This document shows positions 56,917 through 64,000 of a DNA stretch of 64,000 nucleotides, piece by piece (within the stretch, counting starts at the first letter, position 1; the number at the start of each line of letters is the position of its first letter). Source of the stretch: Alphaproteobacteria bacterium (lineage in GTDB: Bacteria > Pseudomonadota > Alphaproteobacteria > UBA828); the NCBI GenBank assembly GCA_965220745.1, contig CBDCQT010000010.1, positions 544,001 through 608,000 on the forward strand, written 5' to 3'. The position numbers and the translations under genes are program-made. The notes under the pieces are model-generated. The model did no database searches. It saw only the letters and a program-made list of their open reading frames with translations, and was not told where the DNA came from.

Positions 56917-58275
56917 ATGCCACGACGGGTTGCCATTATCGGTGCGGGAGTCTCGGGACTAGGTGTGGCGTGGGCGCTGAATCGGCACCCCGATCAATTC
57001 GATTTTCGCGTGTTCGAAGCGCAGTCTCAGGTCGGCGGCAATGCCATTACGGCCGACATGCCGCAGGACGACGGGACCTCGATTCCGTTCGATATTTCCG
57101 TCACCGCGTGTATTCCCACGGTTTACCACCATATTGTTCTGTTCATGCAGCAACACGGTATCGAACTTGTCGATACCAGGTTCAGCTACAGTGTGAAGTA
57201 TCGCGGTGGCATCTATGCGCACGATTTCGACTCGGAAATCAGGCGGCAATTACAACCGGAAATCGAGAAATTCCAGAAGGTCCTGAGACGACTGAAGTGG
57301 TTTGGCCGACTCAACCGGTCCCGATCCAGACTGCTCAATGCCCTGAACCCGTACAACTACATCAGCATGGGTACTGTTCTCAACTTTGGCAGGTTTTCCG
57401 GAGATTTCCGATACAAAATACTGAAGCCCATGTTCGTCAACTTCCTGATGGCGACCAACGTGTTCGACATGCCGGCGTCTCTCTTTTCCCGATACCTGGA
57501 GTTCTTCGATATCGAGACCGCGACGCCGATGCAGACCTGGGACCGGGGCACGCGGCGCATCTACGAAAAGATGTCGGCCGAGTTTCGGGACAAGATATAC
57601 CTCGACCGACCGGTTCGAAAAGTCTATCGCCGCTCATCCGAGGTCGTCGTCGAGGACGAAAACGGAGAGACGGAGACCTTCGACGACGTCGTGTTCGCGT
57701 GCAACGCCAATCAAACGCTGATGATGCTCGACAAGCCGGCCCGTCTGGAGAGCTTTATTCTCTCTTCAATCCGTTACGAGAGCGAGCTGCATAATCATAC
57801 GATCGTTCATTCGGATGCCACTATTCTTCCGGACAACGAGGTTGAACCACTCGCCACCCGGAGCAACCACATCGAGCAATACGGCGCGAGGCCCGACAAT
57901 TACGAAATCACCTACATCATGCACAACCAGCAGCCTTGGGCGAAACGATCCGACAAGCCGTGCCTGGTGACCTACAATCCGATCAGCTGCATCGACGAAG
58001 GAAAGATCGTCAAAAGGTGGTGGTTTCAGCACATCGTCCACGATGTGCGTCACGTGGCTCTTCTGATCCACCTGTTCCGCTTCATTCAGGGCAAGCGGCG
58101 CTCGTGGCACTGTGGCGCCCATACTCTGATCAACAGCCAGGAGACCTGTTTCGTCTCCGGCCTGGTGACGGCGAGACAGTTGGGTGCGGACTATCCGTTT
58201 CAGGATTCCGAGGCACGGAAGTGGTTCAACTTCTACGGGCGCATGATGTACGGCAGGCGCCTGAGGAAGGCGTGA
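56917..58275 (+). CDS. FAD-dependent oxidoreductase (amine-oxidase fold, COG2907-like)
   Basis: RVAIIGAGVSGL, FEAQSQVGGNA, FDDVVFAC, QGKRRSWHCGA; atypical codon usage. Confidence 0.75.
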   Translation: MPRRVAIIGAGVSGLGVAWALNRHPDQFDFRVFEAQSQVGGNAITADMPQDDGTSIPFDISVTACIPTVYHHIVLFMQQHGIELVDTRFSYSVKYRGGIYAHDFDSEIRRQLQPEIEKFQKVLRRLKWFGRLNRSRSRLLNALNPYNYISMGTVLNFGRFSGDFRYKILKPMFVNFLMATNVFDMPASLFSRYLEFFDIETATPMQTWDRGTRRIYEKMSAEFRDKIYLDRPVRKVYRRSSEVVVEDENGETETFDDVVFACNANQTLMMLDKPARLESFILSSIRYESELHNHTIVHSDATILPDNEVEPLATRSNHIEQYGARPDNYEITYIMHNQQPWAKRSDKPCLVTYNPISCIDEGKIVKRWWFQHIVHDVRHVALLIHLFRFIQGKRRSWHCGAHTLINSQETCFVSGLVTARQLGADYPFQDSEARKWFNFYGRMMYGRRLRKA

Positions 58276-58314
58276 ACCGGAGCACGCCCGGCGACTGACT
58301 AATGGCGGCCGCCT

Positions 58315-60405
58315 TCAGGTGCGGCCGGCGACGGCGAGAACGAAGGCGTAGGCCATCGCTACCTCCTTCAGCCGGCGGAAGCGGCCGGAGGCGCCGCCGT
58401 GGCCGGCCTCCATATTGGTATGCAGCAGCAGCGGGTTATCGTCGGTCTTGAGCCGGCGCAGCCGCGCCACCCACTTCGCCGGCTCCCAATAGGTCACGCG
58501 CGGATCGGTGAGGCCTGCGGTGGCGAAGATCGCCGGGTAGGCCTTGGCCGCCACGTTTTCGTAGGGCGCGTAGGCCGCGATGGTTCGGTAGGCGTGTTCG
58601 TCCTCGATGGGGTTGCCCCACTCCGGCCATTCCGGCGGCGTGAGCGGTAGGTCCGCGTCGCACATGGTGTTGAGCACGTCGACGAATGGCACTTCGGCCA
58701 CGATGCTGGCGAAGAGACCGGGTCGCAGGTTCGCGACCGCCCCCATCAGCATGCCGCCGGCGCTGCCGCCGTGGGCCGCGATCCGGCCCTTGGCCGTGTA
58801 GCGCTCGGCGATCAGGTGCTCGGCGGCGGCGATGAAGTCGGCGAAGGTGTTGGTCTTCTTCGTGAGCTTGCCGTCGAGATACCAGCCGTAGCCGCAATCG
58901 CTGCCTCCCCGGATGTGGGCGATGGCGTAGACGAAGCCGCGATCCACCAGGCTCAGCCGGTTGGTGGAGAACGCGGCCGGGATAGCGTGGCCGTAGGCGC
59001 CATAGCCGTAGAGAAGGAGCGGGGCGGTGCCGTCCAGCGGGGTCGTGCGGCGATGGAGCAGCGAGACCGGCACCTCGGCGCCGTCGTGGCTCAGCGCGGT
59101 CAACCGGCGGGTGACGTAATCGGCGGGGTCGTGGCCGCTCGGCACCTCCTGGGTCTTGCGCAGCGTGCGGGTGCGCGTGCGCATCTCGTAGTCGAAGGTC
59201 TGCGCCGGTGTCGTCATCGAGCTGTAGACGAAACGGACGGTCTCGGTCTCGAACTCGTAGCCGGGCAGGAGCGAGAGATCGTAGGCCTCCTCCTCGAAGG
59301 CGACGGTGTGCGCCTCGCCGGTCTCGAGATCAGTGATGACGATGCGGGGCAGGCCGCCGACCCGCTCCAGCCGCACGTGGTGGCCAGCGAAGAGAAGCTG
59401 GGCGCGTACGTAGGTGCCGGCCTCGTGGGGGAGCCAGTCCCGCCACGCCACGCGCTCCGGCGTCCCCAGCGGCGCGGTCATGATCTTGAAATCGGTCGCG
59501 CCGTCGGCGTTGGTCAGGATGTAGAGGAGGTCGCCCCGGAGGGCGACGTCGTACTCGATGCCGCGCTCGCGGGCGGCGACGAGGCGGGGTTCGGACTCGG
59601 GCGCTGCGGCCTCGATCAGATGGACCTCGGAGGTCGTGTGGTCGTGGGCCGAGATCAGGACGAAGCGTCGGTTCTCGGACTCGCCGATTCTGAGAAAGAA
59701 GCCGGGATCGGGCTCTTCGTAGACCACGGGGTCCGCCCCCGCCGCGCTGCCCACGCGATGACGGCGCACCTGGTATGGGCGGTGGTTCTCGTCGAGCACG
59801 GTGTAGAAGACGGTCTCGCCGTCGGCGGCCCAGATGACATCGCCATAGGCGTCCTCGATCGGCCCGTCGATTACCGCGCCGGAGGCGATGTCGCGGACGA
59901 AGAGGCGGTAGCGCTCCGAGCCGTTGAGGTCGAGGGTGTAGGCGAGGCGGCGGTGGTCGTGGCTGTGCTCGCAGTCCCCGACCTTGAAATAAGCCTCGCC
60001 CTCGGCCTCGCGGTTTCCGTCAAGCAGCAGCACCTCCGCCGCCTCGTCGGCGCGCGGCGCGCGGTAGAAGAGCGGATGCTCGCCGCCTTCCACGTAGCGG
60101 CGGTAGTAAGCCCACTTGCCGTCGGGCGCAGGCACCGAGGAGTCGTCCTCCTTCATGCGCCCGCGCATCTCGGCCACCAGCGCCTCCCTGAGCGCCTTGT
60201 GAGGCGCGAGGAAGGCGTCGGTGTAGGCGTTCTCGGCCTCCAGGTAGGTGCGGATATCGGGGTCGAGCGTCTCCGGCTCGCGCATTACCCGCTGCCAATC
60301 GGCATCCTTCAGCCAGGCGTAGTCGTCGCCGCGCGCGATGCCGTGCAGCGTTGCCGTGACCGGCTTTCGGAGCGCAACGGGGGGCTTGGGGTCGGACGCG
60401 GGCAT
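58315..60405 (-). CDS. ptrB: Oligopeptidase B (S9A)
   Basis: DDYAWLKD, LEAENAY, YGYGAYG, HIRGG, GGSAGG, VPFVDVLNTM, DPRV.YWEPAKW, AGHGG. Confidence 0.94.
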   Translation of the reverse strand: MPASDPKPPVALRKPVTATLHGIARGDDYAWLKDADWQRVMREPETLDPDIRTYLEAENAYTDAFLAPHKALREALVAEMRGRMKEDDSSVPAPDGKWAYYRRYVEGGEHPLFYRAPRADEAAEVLLLDGNREAEGEAYFKVGDCEHSHDHRRLAYTLDLNGSERYRLFVRDIASGAVIDGPIEDAYGDVIWAADGETVFYTVLDENHRPYQVRRHRVGSAAGADPVVYEEPDPGFFLRIGESENRRFVLISAHDHTTSEVHLIEAAAPESEPRLVAARERGIEYDVALRGDLLYILTNADGATDFKIMTAPLGTPERVAWRDWLPHEAGTYVRAQLLFAGHHVRLERVGGLPRIVITDLETGEAHTVAFEEEAYDLSLLPGYEFETETVRFVYSSMTTPAQTFDYEMRTRTRTLRKTQEVPSGHDPADYVTRRLTALSHDGAEVPVSLLHRRTTPLDGTAPLLLYGYGAYGHAIPAAFSTNRLSLVDRGFVYAIAHIRGGSDCGYGWYLDGKLTKKTNTFADFIAAAEHLIAERYTAKGRIAAHGGSAGGMLMGAVANLRPGLFASIVAEVPFVDVLNTMCDADLPLTPPEWPEWGNPIEDEHAYRTIAAYAPYENVAAKAYPAIFATAGLTDPRVTYWEPAKWVARLRRLKTDDNPLLLHTNMEAGHGGASGRFRRLKEVAMAYAFVLAVAGRT

Positions 60406-60534
60406 GGGGGAGACCTTTTCGAGACGAGAGGAGATTCCTAATCCATGTGGTTTCCTGCGCCCACCCCGCAAGAGGCCATGGACATGAGAGGCCCGATCGC
60501 GGAGTCATAACGGGCAGCGGAGAGGGAGGTTGGC

Positions 60535-61545
60535 GTGGCCAAGCCCGATTACGAGCGCATCCACGACGAGGCCGTCGTGATCGACGCGGTGTGCCCGCTG
60601 ATGGTGCGCCGCGAGTACATCGACTGGTGGATCGAGGGGGGCGTCAGCGCGGCGGGCCCGACGGTCGGTGCCTTCGAGCGCGCCGGCCCCACGCTCCGGG
60701 CGCTGGGCGACTGGATTCGCGCCATCGATCAGGACCCGAGGCTCGTCCAGATCAAGCGCGCCGCCGATTTCGCGACCGCCAAGGCCGCGGGCAAGTTCGG
60801 CCTGTTCTTCCACTTCCAGGGGACCGAGCCGATCGAGGACGACCTCAACCTGATCGATGCGTACAAGGCACTGGGCGTCGGCATGATCCAGCTCGCCTAC
60901 AACGTGAAGAACCGGGTGGGCGACGGCTGCGAGGAACGAACGGACGCCGGGCTCAGCACCTTCGGCCTCAAGGTGGTCGAGCGTCTCAACGAGGCGCGCA
61001 TCGTCGTCGACTGCTCCCACACCGGCTACCGCACAACGATGGAGGCGATCGAGGCATCCTCGCGCCCCGTGGTTTTTTCCCACGCGAACCCGAAAGCAGT
61101 GCGGGAGTCGCGCCGCAACATCACCGACGAGCAGATGACGGCGGCGGCCGGAACCGGCGGCCTGGTCGGGATGGTCGGCTTCCCGTCCTTCATCAGCGCC
61201 TCGCCGAGACCGACCCTCGACGAGTTCGTCGACCACATCGACTATGCCGTCGCGCTCATCGGCGACGATCACGTCGGCCTCGGCCTCGACTACTACCGGG
61301 GGCAAGTGCCGGTGGTCGACGACGAAGAGGCCATGCGCATGTACGAGCACCGTGTCGCGACCGGCGACTGGCGGCCCGAATCCTATCCGCCGCCGCCCCA
61401 TCACTTTCCCGACGGGATCGCCACGCCGCGCGACTTTCGCAATCTGACCAGGCGCCTGCTGGAGCGCGGCTACGGCGAGCAGACGACCAAGAAGATTCTC
61501 GGTGGCAACTGGGTCAGGGTCTTCCGCGAGGTCTGGGGCGAATAG
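60535..61545 (+). CDS. Membrane dipeptidase (M19) family protein
   Basis: QLAYN..N..GDGC.E, GLS.FG, DCSH, FSHAN, RNITD, HVGLGLD, KILGGNW. Confidence 0.9.
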   Translation: MAKPDYERIHDEAVVIDAVCPLMVRREYIDWWIEGGVSAAGPTVGAFERAGPTLRALGDWIRAIDQDPRLVQIKRAADFATAKAAGKFGLFFHFQGTEPIEDDLNLIDAYKALGVGMIQLAYNVKNRVGDGCEERTDAGLSTFGLKVVERLNEARIVVDCSHTGYRTTMEAIEASSRPVVFSHANPKAVRESRRNITDEQMTAAAGTGGLVGMVGFPSFISASPRPTLDEFVDHIDYAVALIGDDHVGLGLDYYRGQVPVVDDEEAMRMYEHRVATGDWRPESYPPPPHHFPDGIATPRDFRNLTRRLLERGYGEQTTKKILGGNWVRVFREVWGE

Positions 61546-61630
61546 CCCCCGCCGCTCGCCACAAGGAAGATTGCGGCGCTGCGGCGATTGACTAAGGTCG
61601 GGCCGCGCGACAACACGGATCGATCGAGCC

Positions 61631-62923
61631 TTGAGCGCAGACAAGTCCACCATCGTCATTCCCGAGGGATACCGGCCGCTCGATACCGATACCCTCGCCC
61701 CCTATCTCGCGGAGCAGCCGGAACTGGGCGCGCACCTCGGGGGCGAGCCGTCGGACTGGCAGGTGGAGGAAGTCGGCGATGGCAACCTCAACCTGGTCTT
61801 CATCGTGCGCGGTCCGGCCGGCGGCCTTTGCGTGAAGCAGGCGCTGCCTTACGTGCGACTGGTGGGCGAGAGCTGGCCGCTGCCGCTCAACCGCGCCTTC
61901 TTCGAGCACGAGGCGTTGGTGGAGCACGGCCGCCATGCGCCGGGGCTCACGCCCGAGATCTACCGCTTCGATCCCGTGCTGATGCTGATCGTGATGGAAC
62001 TGCTGGAGCCCCACATCATCATGCGGCGGGGCATGATCCAGGGCATCCGCTACCCGCGCGCCGCCACCGACATGGCCGAGTACATGGCGCGGACGCTCTT
62101 CTTCACCTCCGATCTCGGCACGAGCGCGGCAGAGAAGAAGGCGCGCGTCGCTCTCTTCTGCGGCAACACTGCGCTCTGCAAGCTCACGGAGGACGTGATC
62201 TTCACCGAGCCCTACATGGTCCACGACAACAACCGGTGGACCTCGCCGCAGCTCGACGACCTCGCCGTGGCCTTCCGGGCCGATGCCGCGCTGAAACGCG
62301 CGGTCTCCCGCCTCAAGTGCAAGTTCATGGGGAACGCCGAGGCGCTGATCCACGGCGACCTGCACACCGGCTCGGTCATGGTGACGCAGGACGACACCCG
62401 CGTGATCGACCCCGAGTTCGCGTTCTACGGGCCAATGGGGTTCGACACCGGCGCCTTCGTCGGCAACCTGCTGCTCAACTATTTCAGCCAGGATGGCCAC
62501 GCGACCGAGGCGGACGACCGCGCCGCCTACAAGGCGTGGGTGCTGGAAACGGCCGAGACCTTCTGGCACGTATTTGCCGAGCGTTACGGCGCGCTCTGGG
62601 CCGAGCGTGCGGGTGATGCGTATCCCGAGGCGCTTTTCGCCGGCGAAGAAGGTGCTGACTCGCTGGCGCAAGCACGCGATGACGCCATCGCCGCGCTCTT
62701 CACCGACACGCTGCAGTTCGGCGCCGCCAAGATGATCCGGCGCATCCTGGGGATCGCCCACAACATCGACTTCGAGTGGATCGAGGATCCCGATCGCCGC
62801 GCCGCCTGCGAGCGCCCGGCCCTCCTGTTCGGCCGCGAGCTGCTTGTGAACGCCGCCGCGTACGCGACTATCGAGGCCGTCACAGACGCGGCGCGGGCTT
62901 TCCAGACCCGTGCCAATGCGTGA
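61631..62923 (+). CDS. mtnK: S-methyl-5-thioribose kinase
   Basis: EVGDGNLNLVF, KQALPYVRLVGESWPL, LIHGDLHTGS, IDPEFAFYGPMGFD, RRILGIAH. Confidence 0.94.
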   Translation: MSADKSTIVIPEGYRPLDTDTLAPYLAEQPELGAHLGGEPSDWQVEEVGDGNLNLVFIVRGPAGGLCVKQALPYVRLVGESWPLPLNRAFFEHEALVEHGRHAPGLTPEIYRFDPVLMLIVMELLEPHIIMRRGMIQGIRYPRAATDMAEYMARTLFFTSDLGTSAAEKKARVALFCGNTALCKLTEDVIFTEPYMVHDNNRWTSPQLDDLAVAFRADAALKRAVSRLKCKFMGNAEALIHGDLHTGSVMVTQDDTRVIDPEFAFYGPMGFDTGAFVGNLLLNYFSQDGHATEADDRAAYKAWVLETAETFWHVFAERYGALWAERAGDAYPEALFAGEEGADSLAQARDDAIAALFTDTLQFGAAKMIRRILGIAHNIDFEWIEDPDRRAACERPALLFGRELLVNAAAYATIEAVTDAARAFQTRANA

Positions 62924-62981
62924 ACGCAGCAATCCCGCTACGATCAGCCCAACGACCAACAACAGGAAACGGAGAGCAGCC

Positions 62982-63329
62982 ATGACAATCGAACGCTTCG
63001 ACAAAGGCCCGCGCATGAGCCAGGCGGTGACGCACGGGGATCGCGTGTACCTCGCCGGCCAGGTAGCGGACGACACCAGCGAGGACGTCGCCGGCCAGAC
63101 CCGGCAGATCCTTGCCAAGATCGAGGCCCTGCTGGCCAAGGCGGGCTCGTCGAAGGAGCAGATTCTCACCGCCAACGTCTGGCTTTCCGACATCCGGACT
63201 TTCAACGACATGAACAGCGTGTGGGACCCCTGGGTCTCCAAGGAGAACCCGCCCTGCCGCGCCTGCGTCGAGAGCAGGCTGGCGACACCGGACTACACGG
63301 TCGAGATCATGATAGTGGCCGCGCTCTAG
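62982..63329 (+). CDS. RidA/YjgF family protein (YoaB-like)
   Basis: RMSQAV..VYLAGQV, QTRQIL, MN.VWD.W..PCRACVE, VEI. Confidence 0.92.
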   Translation: MTIERFDKGPRMSQAVTHGDRVYLAGQVADDTSEDVAGQTRQILAKIEALLAKAGSSKEQILTANVWLSDIRTFNDMNSVWDPWVSKENPPCRACVESRLATPDYTVEIMIVAAL

Positions 63330-63366
63330 CGGCCGCCGTGTCCGCCGAAGCACGCAGGAGGGAGAC

Positions 63367-64000
63367 ATGAGCGAGGCGATGGCAACCGCCGGCGCGAACC
63401 GGCGCTACGACATCATCCCCTGGGCGGCGCAGAACGCGCTCGACCCGGTGATCGAAATGGAGCGCGGCGAGGGCGCCTATATCTATGACACGGGAGGCAA
63501 GCGCTATCTCGATTTCTCGTCGCAGCTGGTGAACGTCAATCTCGGCTACCAGCATCCCAAGGTGATCGCGGCGATTCAGGAGCAAGCCGGCAGGCTCTGC
63601 TACATCGGCCCGCACCACACCACCGCCGCGCGCGAGAAGCTCGGCCGCAAGCTCGCCGAGATCGCGCCGGGCGACATCCAGACCGCCTTCTTCACCGGGA
63701 GCGGCAGCGAGGCCACCGAGATCGCCATGATGGTCGCGCGCCTGGTGACCGGGCGGCGCAAGATCCTCGCGAAGTACCGCTCCTACCACGGCACCACCTC
63801 GGGCTCGATGTCGGCGAGCGGCGACCCCAGGCGGCTTGCGGTCGGCTACGACCACCCCAACATCGTTCGCTTCCTCGATCCCTACTGCCACCGCTGCCCG
63901 TTCTCGCTCTCCTATCCCGGCTGCGAGGTGCAGTGCGCGAAGAGCGTGGAGGAGGTGATCCAGCGCGAGGGGCCGGGTCAGATCGCTGCGGTCATCGTCG
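63367..64000 (+). CDS. Class III aminotransferase, 3' truncated by window edge
   Basis: GEGAYIYD..GKRYLDFSSQL.NVNLGYQHP, FFTGSGSEATE, SYHG.T. Confidence 0.92.
   Translation, partial: MSEAMATAGANRRYDIIPWAAQNALDPVIEMERGEGAYIYDTGGKRYLDFSSQLVNVNLGYQHPKVIAAIQEQAGRLCYIGPHHTTAAREKLGRKLAEIAPGDIQTAFFTGSGSEATEIAMMVARLVTGRRKILAKYRSYHGTTSGSMSASGDPRRLAVGYDHPNIVRFLDPYCHRCPFSLSYPGCEVQCAKSVEEVIQREGPGQIAAVIV

Noticed and set aside
1-64000. CRISPR arrays, tRNA, rRNA, integrase/prophage genes
   Set aside because: No regularly spaced direct repeats, cloverleaf/T-loop motifs or phage hallmark genes were recognised by eye

Overview
GC-rich alphaproteobacterial chromosome segment. The evidence is gcrA and the conserved operons ETF-QO/TPR/ispE, def-fmt-truA, yfgM-bamB-der and acpS-lepB-rnc-era; a Rhodospirillales-like host is an inference. 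Housekeeping blocks alternate with many catabolic genes: three luciferase-like monooxygenases, two hydantoinase-B/oxoprolinase subunits, a sugar-type ABC importer, an amidase, an enoyl-CoA hydratase and an acyl-CoA ligase. There is also a tungsten aldehyde oxidoreductase (aorABC + MoaD + small Gly-Gly protein) cluster and a CueR/CopA/cytochrome c/SodC copper cluster. Mobile DNA comprises a complete IS1380-family element and a 264-bp MITE, both with CTAG target duplications that coincide with TAG stop codons. The best novelty candidates are four. (1) An AT-richer two-gene module (His-motif protein + DUF1828-like protein) with its own leaderless promoter, lying between an orphan antitoxin and the IS; it is a candidate defence/toxin system. 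(2) An NCS2 permease fused to a degenerate RsbW-type HATPase domain. (3) Tandem NrdR-box-like sites over the gcrA promoter. (4) An rnc gene lacking a canonical start codon. No rRNA, tRNA or CRISPR array was recognised. All family calls come from motif recognition by eye; no database search was run.
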